Under the pieces are notes generated by a model that worked only from the letters and a program-made list of their open reading frames with translations, did no database searches and was not told the origin of the DNA. A stretch of DNA of 64,000 bases from a bacterium (GTDB taxonomy: Bacteria > Hinthialibacterota > Hinthialibacteria > Hinthialibacterales > Hinthialibacteraceae): assembly GCA_963662285.2 (NCBI GenBank), contig CAXXMV010000002.1, positions 992,001 through 1,056,000 of the forward strand, read 5' to 3'. The translations under genes and the position numbers were made by a program. Within the stretch, counting starts at the first letter, position 1, and each line of letters begins with the position of its first letter. Shown in pieces: positions 1 to 9,230 of this stretch.

Positions 1-411
1 ACTTTTCCTGAATCTTTTCCAACTCCTGACCGGGATTGGGTTCGTTCAATACTCCAATCCACTGGCAGGGTAGTCGAGGTTGAAGAGCCTTTACAGGATG
101 CCGTTACTGCTGTTTCCGGCAGTGGACCGGGCTATCTTTTTTATTTAGCTGATTTATTTATCCAGGCTGGCGTCCAACAAGGTCTTTCTGAGCCTGTCGC
201 CAAAAGTTTAGTTGTCGAAACAATGGCTGGCGCAGCTGAAGTTCTACGCCGTAGCAATGATTCTCCAACTGAATTAGTTAAAAAAGTTGCTACTCCTGGC
301 GGAACGACTGAAGCCGGTCTTTCAGTATTAAAAGAGAACGATTTAAGTGGTATAATGCAATCGATGGTTAATCGAGCTGCTGCTCGATCAAGGGAACTTA
401 ATCAAGCTTAA
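1..411 (+). CDS. proC: pyrroline-5-carboxylate reductase (5' truncated by window edge)
   Basis: Frame open from base 1: ...DAVTAVSGSGPGYLF...VATPGGTTEAGL, the ProC C-terminal motifs. Confidence 0.93.
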   Translation, partial: TFPESFPTPDRDWVRSILQSTGRVVEVEEPLQDAVTAVSGSGPGYLFYLADLFIQAGVQQGLSEPVAKSLVVETMAGAAEVLRRSNDSPTELVKKVATPGGTTEAGLSVLKENDLSGIMQSMVNRAAARSRELNQA

Positions 412-497
412 TCAGAAGCGCTTCAGCCCTCTCGCCACAGAGAGGAAAACCGACTAAGATATTAGCATAGAAAACTGGTCGTAAATTGTTGCGCAAG

Positions 498-526
498 TTG
501 ACACTGGCGGGGACTCATGATACCTT
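498..526 (+). promoter_or_regulatory. putative sigma70 promoter
   Basis: TTGACA(498-503), 17-nt spacer ending TGa, then TACCTT(521-526), upstream of the 587 gene. Confidence 0.5.
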
Positions 527-586
527 CCCGCTGGGACAGTTAATCGGAAAAAATCAGGGGATATTCTCCTTAATGCGAGGTTTATT

Positions 587-1477
587 ATGAAGGGAATAAT
601 TAAATCGCTGACACTGCTTACAAGTGTATGCGCCCTTTTTGTTTTTGCTCCAATTGATTCCAGCGCCCAATACGGTCCCGGCGGCGGCATGGGCGGTATG
701 GGTATGGGCGGTATGGGTATGGGCGGCATGGGTATGGGCGGCATGGGCATGGGCGGCATGGGTATGGGCGGCTTTGGTGGTATGGACGGCGGCCCGGCTG
801 CAGCTGTTACTGTCAAATATGGTGAGAAGGTATACGATGCTGTTTTCGGCGATCTGGTCGAAGCGCGTATCTTTTTTATCCAGGTTCCTACCGATACTAT
901 CGGTGTGCATTATTTCGATGACGGAACGCATGGCGATGAAGTGCCTTTTGATGGAATGCCCAGCCTTATTATCGAAAATAAAGATACTTATCTCGGACCA
1001 TTCGCAATTAAATATAAAAAACTATTAAAAAAAGCTCTCATTGCAGCTCAGGATATGGGCGCCATTGAGTTTTATAATTTGAGCGTAGCCACAAGAAATC
1101 CAGAATCGAAAGTAACCAAACTTGGCGAATGGGAATCGGCTATGTCTGAGTTTCTGGATGATCGCATCACTTCGCGTATATCTCAATTTGAAGGATATGA
1201 TGATCTTACCTATGTAAAATCCATTGATCCATCATTATTTGAGTCTATGGAAGGTATGGGCGGTATGTCTGGCGGCGGCATGGGGCCTGGCGGAATGCTA
1301 CCTGGTCTTCCTACTCCTCCAGGATTGCCTGATATAGGTGCACTGCAATTCGGCGAAACTAATAATGAAGAAGCAGCAGCTGGAAATGAAAACAGCGGAA
1401 ACTTCGCTATAGATCGGGCTAGTAGTCTGACCGGCGGCAATTTGCAGGCTACTGAAGCCATGAATGCATTGAATTAA
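587..1477 (+). CDS. secreted Gly/Met-rich protein with DDG-x-x-GD-x-x-x-x-DG (choice-of-anchor X-like, possible Ca-binding) motif
   Basis: Signal peptide ending SSA-Q; GGMGM repeats; FDDGTHGDEVPFDG; GAGG RBS. Confidence 0.7.
   Translation: MKGIIKSLTLLTSVCALFVFAPIDSSAQYGPGGGMGGMGMGGMGMGGMGMGGMGMGGMGMGGFGGMDGGPAAAVTVKYGEKVYDAVFGDLVEARIFFIQVPTDTIGVHYFDDGTHGDEVPFDGMPSLIIENKDTYLGPFAIKYKKLLKKALIAAQDMGAIEFYNLSVATRNPESKVTKLGEWESAMSEFLDDRITSRISQFEGYDDLTYVKSIDPSLFESMEGMGGMSGGGMGPGGMLPGLPTPPGLPDIGALQFGETNNEEAAAGNENSGNFAIDRASSLTGGNLQATEAMNALN
692..766 (+). repeat. 5 x 15-bp coding tandem repeat (GGMGM)
   Basis: Five consecutive ggcggyatgggyatg units. Confidence 0.9.
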
Positions 1478-1480
1478 TAT

Positions 1481-1508
1481 GCATTGTGAAATTAACAATG
1501 CTTTTTTT
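1481..1508 (+). terminator. Rho-independent terminator
   Basis: gcattgt...acaatgc hairpin followed by T7. Confidence 0.7.
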
Positions 1509-1716
1509 CTCGTAAATAATTTGCTTTTTATTGTTTAAATTGACCCTTAGGTCATAAGAGTAGAATTACCGTGGTTTTAATCCTATCGTGATAACCTTTG
1601 ATGGATTCCGGGATCATTAATATTGTTGCCTGCGTCCTTTATTTGTTTGTAAGGCTAGAGCGAAGCGGATAATTAGTATAAATATATGTACAATAGAATT
1701 TGTGACGGTTAAACAT

Positions 1717-2115
1717 ATGTCTACCTGGAATCAAAAAGAAAAAGAAGAAATTGAATATCGTATAAAAGTTATCAAGCAGTTTCTTGAACTCTGGGAACGA
1801 TACGATGCTATGTTTCAGCATGTATATCGGGAACAGGATGCAACCAATGAAGAAGAAGAAGAATTCTTCAAGATTAAATCCCAGTTGGCCAGACGTCATC
1901 AATATCTGCTGGAGTATCTAGAGGATGAATACATTAAACCTGAAGTTATTACATCGTATTTATCTGATACCTTAACTTTGCGTAATATGATAGGAATTCA
2001 TTTTGACTTCTATAAAAAACTGCGTATGCAATGGCATGCAACATTCCTTCATTTGAATGAGGCCCTTGGGTATCTCATGACTCATATGGAATTGGAAATG
2101 CCGTTGGATAGTTGA
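1717..2115 (+). CDS. hypothetical helical protein, paralogue of 5920..6315
   Basis: ATG at 1717; shares F..LW, T.EE..EF.K, RR.Q[YF]L and WH......N...G.L pattern with the 5920 protein. Confidence 0.75.
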   Translation: MSTWNQKEKEEIEYRIKVIKQFLELWERYDAMFQHVYREQDATNEEEEEFFKIKSQLARRHQYLLEYLEDEYIKPEVITSYLSDTLTLRNMIGIHFDFYKKLRMQWHATFLHLNEALGYLMTHMELEMPLDS

Positions 2116-2184
2116 TTGAAAAGTTCTTTATTTTTAATGGGATGTTATTAAAAAAGTATTGAACTCAAACAAGGAGATGTTTGA

Positions 2185-5100
2185 ATGAACACGCGGAAAT
2201 TAATTTGGTTAAGATTTTTTTGCATAGTATTTATTCCCCTTATGTTAACTGTTGGCTGCGCTAAACGAGACGCTCAAAAGGCATTAACCTCGGCGCAAGC
2301 GGTAAAAGATAGCGCCTCGGCGGCGAAAGCGCCCGGTTATGCTCCAAAATCTTTTGCCGATGCCAATCGCTTGTTCACTCAGGCTGAGCAGCAGTTTAAC
2401 TCTGGTAACTATAAAGAGGCCATTGATTTCTATCAGCAAGCTGAAGTTGGCTTCCATAATTCCATTACGCGCGCTGAAGAGGTTAAACCCGTAATTGAAG
2501 CTCTTATTGCAAAAATTGATGATGCAATCGCAAAAGCTTCTGATAATATGGAAAAAGCTCGCAGTGGGAACGGCGTTCCTGCTGAAGAACTTTCTGCCGC
2601 TCAAGCCTTGGTTGATGGAATTAATGAGCGCATGGAAACAGACTATCGTAGTGAGGTCGATGAAGAAAAACTCAATGCTTTTCTTGCTGAAGTCGATCAA
2701 ACCATTCTGCGTACTGAAGCTTTAGCCCTGGCTCATCTCAAACCTCAAGCCAATACCGCTAAATCTGACATTCAAACTCTTATTACCCGAATCCAGGAAT
2801 TGAAAGCTGATGTTCATGCTCCTGAACAATATTCTCAAGTCATGACTCAATTCAGCCAGATTGAATCCGCTGAAAGCGATGGTCAATGGCAAAAAGTCAT
2901 TGATTTGGCCGCTGCAATGAATCCACTATTGGACAGCGTTATCCAATCCTGTCAGGAAAAAGCTGCTGGCGATATCCTTATTCAAACAGGTCAAATGATT
3001 GCTCAGGCCAAACAACTTAATGTACAAGGCCTTGAGTCATTCACCGCAGCAGTACAACGCGCTGATGATACCTTGAAAACCGGACAAACCGCATTACAGG
3101 GTAAAGACTATGCAGGCGCGATCAATGCGGCCGATGGCGCAAAACTCTCTCTCCAGGAAGCTTATCAAGCTATTGGAGCCCAGTCGCAACAAAGCATCGC
3201 GACCGCGAAAACAAACCTCGAAAATGCAATAGCTCAAGAAGCCGAAAAATACGCCGCATCGGTCGTTGCTCAAGTTAGACAATCTATTACTAGTGCTGAA
3301 GAACTGCTTCAGGCGCAAAAATTCGCTCAGGCTTTTATCGCTTCACAGCAAGCCTTACAGGTTAGCGGCAAAGCTGTTGATGCCGCTCGCCAAGGCAAAG
3401 CGCAACTCGCATTAAATACTGTTGAAAAGCCTTTCTCTATTCTTCATGGTCAGGGCGGCGCCAAATACGCTCCTGAAGCTTATAAAAATGTTCTGTCCAC
3501 CATTGAGAAGCTGCGCAGTATGATGAAAAAAGGTGAATTTGAGACTGTTGTTGCCGAATCACCCCAAGCTGCTCAGGCTGTAACGGCCGCTTTGGACGTC
3601 TTATCCCAATCCACCGCTAAAATTGCCGCACAAGCCGATGCCGCCTTGAAATCAGCAGAAATTGCCGGCGCTAAACAATGGGTGGGCGTTCAGTTCGCTA
3701 ATGCTTCAAACCTTAAATCTGCTGCTGATAAAGATCTTGCCGCTAAACGATTTCTTTCCAGTATTCGTAATTCCGAGTCTGCCATAAAATCCGCTAATGA
3801 CTCTGAAGGTAAAGCTTATAAACTTCAAACTGAACAGAATCTGCGCAAAGTCGATGATTTCCTCGCACTAGCTAAACGCGCTGAACAAGATAGATTGAGT
3901 CCACTGGCTTATCGAAAAGCAATTCAATCTAAAGAAGAAACCAATAATTTACTGGATCACGATCAATTCAAGAATGCTTTCCAAAATTCCAAAGAAACCT
4001 TAGCCAAGGCGGATCGCGCATTTAACAATTTGGTTGTTACCGCACAAGAAAAATCCAATTCCGCTCTCGAAGCGCAGGCTATGGATTATTCAGCAGAGGA
4101 AATTAAACAAGCCTTGGCCTGTCTTACCAAAGCTGAAATTGCCCAAAAAGCATCGAATTTCACATCCGCCAATGAGTTATCTATTGAATCAGCCTTACTT
4201 TCCGATAAAGCTGAAAACTTTACCTGGCAACAACGTAGTTATCGTTTGCTTCGCGACCTTGAAGGAGTTAAGGAAAAACTTGACATTAACCTGGCGCCAG
4301 AAAAAACTCCTGTTCTTTATGCAACGGTTTTGTCTTCTCTGGCTGAAGCAAGAGTAAAACAAATCGATAAAGATTATGCCGCCTCTTATCAATTCGCGGA
4401 TAAAGCGGATGCCGCCCAAAATGAAATTTGGAGCAGTATGCAGCAGGAATTGAATCAAACTCTTAGTGAATTAAAGCAGACCTGCGCCTGGATTGGCGAA
4501 AATGCCATGAATTCACAGGGGCGGGATATTAAAATTAAACTGATAGATTCTATTCCAGCTTTAGAGCAGGCCATCGCTCTCAAGGATTGGAGATCTGCAT
4601 ACGCTGAGGCTGAAAAATGTCAGAAAACCGCTGGCGTTATGACTGCCAGGTTAGAGTCGCTTAATCGTTCAGTTATGGCCAAAGATCTGCAAGGTTCACT
4701 TAGACCTTTCAGAAAAAATGTTGCTCTAGCTGTTATCCCTGATCAGAAAGATCAATTCGACGCAACATTAAGTTCTTTGAAAAAACCTGCTGAAGGCGAA
4801 ACTTATGCTGATGTATTAGGAAAATATAATAAAGCATCGGCAGAAATTGAGAACCTGCCAAAGACTATTTCTGAAAAAGCCACTTTCCGCACAGAAGAGA
4901 TAGTAACTATTATGCAGCAGGCCGAAGAAGCTGGCGCCGCCAAATTTTTTAAAGAGTGGTATCGTGATCTTACTTCAGATATTCAAATGCTGCGCAATGC
5001 AATTCGCGGAGAGAATATCGCTGATATTTCCAAATATACTCGTAGATTAGATCGTGAAGCGCCGGAACTCTTAGCTGCTTGTCAACTGGCTACCCTTGAA

Positions 5101-5628
5101 GATGAATTTTACAAGGAAATTGAAGATGATTTGAATCAGATGAATAACGTATTTCAAGAATTTGGCTTCCTTGGACGAATTCCTAAAACTTTGTTGATGG
5201 CGAGTCGTATGACAGAATATCAGATGGATGAAACATCGATTAATATGTATAAATCCATGCAAGGGAATATGTCGGTCAAAACTTTCCGCATTAATGCTGA
5301 GTTATTAGAAGATACGGTCAAAGACTTGACGCCGCCTAAGACTGTTGAGCGGGTGCACCGTAATGCAGTTAAATCATTTACCCTATTCAGAAAAGCGGCT
5401 GAGGCTTTTGAACTCTTTGGCGACACTGATGCGCATGATATTTATTATCGCGAAAAAACCTTAGTCAAAGGTTATGATAATTTGAAAGAAGCTCTCAAGA
5501 TTAATGAAAAAGTCATGTTCGATATTAAAGAAGCCCGCAAATTAAGAGGAATGGATAAGTTCCTGGTTGGCATCGAGCAAATTGGCGATAAATTTGGAGC
5601 ATTCTTCCTGGGATTGGACAACGAGTAA
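2185..5628 (+). CDS. large lipoprotein made of tandem ~70-aa alpha-helical (DUF4398-like) repeats
   Basis: AGGAG RBS; lipobox LTVG-C; recurring units such as AKAPGYAPKSF, EAEKYAASVV, GGAKYAPEAY, QAMDYSAEEI. Confidence 0.75.
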   Translation: MNTRKLIWLRFFCIVFIPLMLTVGCAKRDAQKALTSAQAVKDSASAAKAPGYAPKSFADANRLFTQAEQQFNSGNYKEAIDFYQQAEVGFHNSITRAEEVKPVIEALIAKIDDAIAKASDNMEKARSGNGVPAEELSAAQALVDGINERMETDYRSEVDEEKLNAFLAEVDQTILRTEALALAHLKPQANTAKSDIQTLITRIQELKADVHAPEQYSQVMTQFSQIESAESDGQWQKVIDLAAAMNPLLDSVIQSCQEKAAGDILIQTGQMIAQAKQLNVQGLESFTAAVQRADDTLKTGQTALQGKDYAGAINAADGAKLSLQEAYQAIGAQSQQSIATAKTNLENAIAQEAEKYAASVVAQVRQSITSAEELLQAQKFAQAFIASQQALQVSGKAVDAARQGKAQLALNTVEKPFSILHGQGGAKYAPEAYKNVLSTIEKLRSMMKKGEFETVVAESPQAAQAVTAALDVLSQSTAKIAAQADAALKSAEIAGAKQWVGVQFANASNLKSAADKDLAAKRFLSSIRNSESAIKSANDSEGKAYKLQTEQNLRKVDDFLALAKRAEQDRLSPLAYRKAIQSKEETNNLLDHDQFKNAFQNSKETLAKADRAFNNLVVTAQEKSNSALEAQAMDYSAEEIKQALACLTKAEIAQKASNFTSANELSIESALLSDKAENFTWQQRSYRLLRDLEGVKEKLDINLAPEKTPVLYATVLSSLAEARVKQIDKDYAASYQFADKADAAQNEIWSSMQQELNQTLSELKQTCAWIGENAMNSQGRDIKIKLIDSIPALEQAIALKDWRSAYAEAEKCQKTAGVMTARLESLNRSVMAKDLQGSLRPFRKNVALAVIPDQKDQFDATLSSLKKPAEGETYADVLGKYNKASAEIENLPKTISEKATFRTEEIVTIMQQAEEAGAAKFFKEWYRDLTSDIQMLRNAIRGENIADISKYTRRLDREAPELLAACQLATLEDEFYKEIEDDLNQMNNVFQEFGFLGRIPKTLLMASRMTEYQMDETSINMYKSMQGNMSVKTFRINAELLEDTVKDLTPPKTVERVHRNAVKSFTLFRKAAEAFELFGDTDAHDIYYREKTLVKGYDNLKEALKINEKVMFDIKEARKLRGMDKFLVGIEQIGDKFGAFFLGLDNE

Positions 5629-5717
5629 TACCCAGGCTTAATATTTCTTGATAATATAGACATGTTTTGATAATCTAAGAGTTTTAGACCCAATGGTCAG
5701 TTTTGAGTGTGAAAGAT

Positions 5718-5816
5718 ATGACATTCATCGAATATATTGAAATCGGTTGCTTAGTTTCGGTTATTGCGTTTACCTTATATGTTGTTGTGACTCTTGGTTG
5801 GTTCAAAAAAGGGTAA
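5718..5816 (+). CDS. small single-pass membrane protein, 32 aa (not in ORF track)
   Basis: MTFIEYIEIGCLVSVIAFTLYVVVTLGWFKKG*; hydrophobic helix plus basic tail; GAAAG upstream. Confidence 0.5.
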   Translation: MTFIEYIEIGCLVSVIAFTLYVVVTLGWFKKG

Positions 5817-5919
5817 GGTTACCGTTTCACTTAGTTATACTCGAATTTGGCGTTTTTTCAAATTATGCAAAATTCGAGTATAATATTTTGTATTGAGTTT
5901 GAGAAATAAGGCGGTTTTT

Positions 5920-6315
5920 ATGGTTACTGACATTCCGGCAGAAGTTTTAATGCAAAGAATGCAAGAGTTCGAAAAACTCTGGCGAAAATTTATGGCTGAT
6001 TTCGACGCAGCGTTGGCATCAGAAAAACCTACTTTGGAAGAAGACGCTGAATTTCGTAAATTGCAGGTTGATATCACACGTCGCGCGCAATTCCTTAAAA
6101 TAGCTGTACCTGACGGTATATTTGATTTGTGGAAAGACATAAAAAAAGTTATCGCAGAGACTCCCTCTCTTCGAATTCTAAAAAGAGAAGCTCCTATCCG
6201 AATCTCTTCTTTTAGAAGCTTATGGCATGATGTCTCTATAGCTATGAATCAGAAACAGGGTCATTTGCGTAACGTTCTTGAAGAAAGAGAAACGAAAAAA
6301 ACCAAACGGAAATAA
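5920..6315 (+). CDS. hypothetical helical protein, paralogue of 1717..2115
   Basis: ATG at 5920 after AAGGCGG; near-ungapped similarity to the 1717 protein. Confidence 0.75.
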   Translation: MVTDIPAEVLMQRMQEFEKLWRKFMADFDAALASEKPTLEEDAEFRKLQVDITRRAQFLKIAVPDGIFDLWKDIKKVIAETPSLRILKREAPIRISSFRSLWHDVSIAMNQKQGHLRNVLEERETKKTKRK

Positions 6316-6352
6316 CTGTTATTATAATTTTCTGAACTTATATATAAATACT

Positions 6353-6398
6353 AAAAAGCATTACATCAGGTATTTTTGACCTAATGTAATGCTTTTTT
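6353..6398. terminator. bidirectional terminator
   Basis: aaaaagcattacat...atgtaatgctttttt between convergent genes. Confidence 0.8.
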
Positions 6399-6469
6399 AT
6401 TTAATCCATCAATAGATTTTGTTATCAAGAAAACTTATTTATGCCTAATATGCATGTAAAAAAATAAAT

Positions 6470-6814
6470 TTATTTACCCTCTTCAGTGGATTTTCCAGGC
6501 GTCTCAAGATCAATATATTCATCGAGATGACATTTCTGGAACAAACTGTATAATCCTTCATTGAGAATAACATGGAAACGCCCTCGTTTTTTATCTATAT
6601 CCGCTTTGGTTTTTACTACTACTCCTATACCAAAACTATCAATATATTGAATTTCTAAAAAATCCAAAGTTATATTTTGGGCGCCTTCATTCAATGCTTT
6701 ATCAATACGATTTTGAAGGCTTTGGGCGTTTGTGATGATTAAATCGCCAATAGCTTTAATAACATGGATGTCTTCTTCTCTAATTTCCTTTATTTGTAAA
6801 TCCTCTTGCTGCAT
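6470..6814 (-). CDS. STAS-domain anti-sigma factor antagonist
   Basis: ITLDFLEIQYIDSFGIG motif (SpoIIAA/RsbV-like, with phosphorylatable Ser). Confidence 0.88.
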   Translation of the reverse strand: MQQEDLQIKEIREEDIHVIKAIGDLIITNAQSLQNRIDKALNEGAQNITLDFLEIQYIDSFGIGVVVKTKADIDKKRGRFHVILNEGLYSLFQKCHLDEYIDLETPGKSTEEGK

Positions 6815-7116
6815 AATAAAGCCTTTCTAAAACTATTTTGGATTTTCAAAGAAAAATCGATTATAGCGATTATCAAAATTATGTTTATTTATTATCACTT
6901 TTAGTCTTCGAAAAAGCCTATCTTTTTTGGCTTTTTCGAATCGCCAATCTAAACATTATTATGAAAACTACTCTAAATATATTATTAAAATAAAATCATG
7001 TCAAAAATAGGATATGGTAATAATTTTACTATTATCAGCAAAAATATGCATTTTTGTCCAGGGATAGCGCTATTTTTTTGTTTATTTTAAGGATTTTTTT
7101 CGTTGGTTTAGAATAA

Positions 7117-8136
7117 TTATGCTTTTTTAAGGGTGATATAGCGCTCATGAATGAAATCGGTTGCAAGAAATCCTAATAAAACATGTATCGGGATGAACAT
7201 TTGACTGAATAAATCCCAATCCAATCGGCCTAAATCCGGATGCCAGACGGTTGTCCATAATAATCCCATTATTGAACAAATCAATAAATATTGTCTGAAT
7301 GCAGTATTAATCCGTGTACGTAATAGGATTAATAATGGAATTTCTATAGGGAATAATTGCAAAAAAGAACCTTTCCAGTGGAAATATGATAGCAGTTCCC
7401 AGTGTGATAGCGAAAAAAAGGTGAATAACTGCCCTTTGCGGTTGATATTAAAAAGAGGAGTTAGTCTTCCCATATCCAGATCAGGTCCTTCGCGGGGGAA
7501 AATCAGTATGATTGCTATAGATAAGGTAATGAATCCTACAAAAGGAACCAGGAATTCCCATGGTTTTAATTTTGGATTCCTTCGCATAACCCAAAATAAA
7601 CCTGGTAAATAGAATAAGGCCAGCATGTGAAACAAGGCTGCTATGAAAATAAATGCGGCGGCGGGCCATAAAGGCCATCGACCAGTTAGATAGCGTTCAG
7701 TCGCTAAAAAAGATAGTAATAGAAAAAGGTTGACCCAGGCGTAACTTTCAACTTCACCCACGAATACAAGAAACGAACCTGATAATATGTTAATTATAAG
7801 GAATAACGGGTGTCGGCTTAGCGAGAAAAGTACTTGTAAAGCGATGGCGCCAGCTAATGAGCTGCTCAGGGATATGGCGTTCCAGGCTGACCAGCCCCAG
7901 GGTTTTAATATAGTATAGACTGTTTTATGCATAATGGTTGTGAGAGAGGAATGCATCAATACAACCCAGTCTTTTTCCGCTAGTTCTTCTGTGTAATGTC
8001 CATCGCCGGTATATGGCATTATCCAATCGATTTGCCCCAACCAGAAAAGAAACAGCGCCAGAACAATGGTCAGCGGTATCCGGCTCAACCAAAATAAAAC
8101 CGTTTTGTAGGAGTGAGTAGAGGTAGTTGGCTGCAT
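7117..8136 (-). CDS. polytopic membrane protein, possibly GT-C glycosyltransferase-like
   Basis: About 9 hydrophobic segments; GDG, VGEVESY, FH and DWDLF motifs. Confidence 0.55.
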   Translation of the reverse strand: MQPTTSTHSYKTVLFWLSRIPLTIVLALFLFWLGQIDWIMPYTGDGHYTEELAEKDWVVLMHSSLTTIMHKTVYTILKPWGWSAWNAISLSSSLAGAIALQVLFSLSRHPLFLIINILSGSFLVFVGEVESYAWVNLFLLLSFLATERYLTGRWPLWPAAAFIFIAALFHMLALFYLPGLFWVMRRNPKLKPWEFLVPFVGFITLSIAIILIFPREGPDLDMGRLTPLFNINRKGQLFTFFSLSHWELLSYFHWKGSFLQLFPIEIPLLILLRTRINTAFRQYLLICSIMGLLWTTVWHPDLGRLDWDLFSQMFIPIHVLLGFLATDFIHERYITLKKA

Positions 8137-8332
8137 GGAAATTAAATAATCCTGATAAATAAACTTGTATTAATGGATAATAGCCTTGATAGATCATTGG
8201 CAATAGGCATTGGTTTTCTCATCATGTATCTTGCGCAATGTCAGGAAATATGGATTAAGTTTTGATTAAGTGTATTCTAGCGATATGCTATATAAGTGTA
8301 GCTCGAATCAATTGTCGAAGAGGCTTTATAAT

Positions 8333-9166
8333 ATGAATACATTAGAGCAGAAATACCAACAACTTAAAGAAGTATTGCAGGAGATGGGCAGCGTCGTGAT
8401 TGGCTATTCCGGCGGAGTTGATAGCACCTTCCTTGCCAAGGCAGCCACAGATGTCCTGGGAGACCGTGCTTTGTCGGTGGCTGCCATCAGCCCTAGCTAC
8501 CCCAAGCATGAACATGATGAAGCCAAACAGTTCGCCATTGATCTGGGATTAAATTTCGATACGGTCTCGACAACCGAAATGGATAATCCTGATTATCGCA
8601 AGAATGCTCCCGACCGTTGTTATCATTGCAAAAAAGAACTTATTGTACTTCTGAAAAATTTGGCGCGGGAGCGTGGTTTTAATGTGGTTGCTTTAGGCGC
8701 TAATTTTGATGATTTGGGCGACTACCGCCCCGGACAGAAAGCCGCCAAAGAAGAAGGCGTACGAAATCCAATGATGGAATTGAAAATAACCAAGGATGAT
8801 ATCCGCGCCCTTTCCAAAATACTTAATATCCCTACATGGGATAAACCATCTTTCGCATGCCTCTCATCCCGGATTCCATACGGAATTGAAATTACTCCTG
8901 AAAAATTGAGTATGGTTGATAAAGCTGAACAAATCATGCGTGAGTATAATTTCGGACAGTTCCGCGTCCGGCACCATAATGACGTCGCCCGGATCGAACT
9001 TTTGCCAGAAGATATGGCGAAATTGCTTCATTTACGCGAAGAGATTGCGCAACGTCTCAAAGATATCGGCTATGCATATATTGCAATGGACTTACTCGGT
9101 TACCGCACCGGCAGTATGAACGAGGTTCTTTATAAGCTAGATAGTCCACCCATCATGGTAAAATGA
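8333..9166 (+). CDS. larE: ATP-dependent sacrificial sulfur transferase LarE family
   Basis: SGGVDS PP-loop, RCYHCK, DYRPG, WDKPSFACLSSRIPYG, RVRHH, GYRTGSMN. Confidence 0.93.
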   Translation: MNTLEQKYQQLKEVLQEMGSVVIGYSGGVDSTFLAKAATDVLGDRALSVAAISPSYPKHEHDEAKQFAIDLGLNFDTVSTTEMDNPDYRKNAPDRCYHCKKELIVLLKNLARERGFNVVALGANFDDLGDYRPGQKAAKEEGVRNPMMELKITKDDIRALSKILNIPTWDKPSFACLSSRIPYGIEITPEKLSMVDKAEQIMREYNFGQFRVRHHNDVARIELLPEDMAKLLHLREEIAQRLKDIGYAYIAMDLLGYRTGSMNEVLYKLDSPPIMVK

Positions 9167-9230
9167 CTTTTGATCGGTTACTATAACCTTGCTTGAATTA
9201 TTGTATCGCAACTATTTAGGCAGGTGAAAA

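Noticed and set aside
454-1028. Alternative-frame ORFs with PIPMP, HTHAA and WAVWV repeats
   Set aside because: Shadows of the 15-bp GGMGM repeat in the real gene 587..1477
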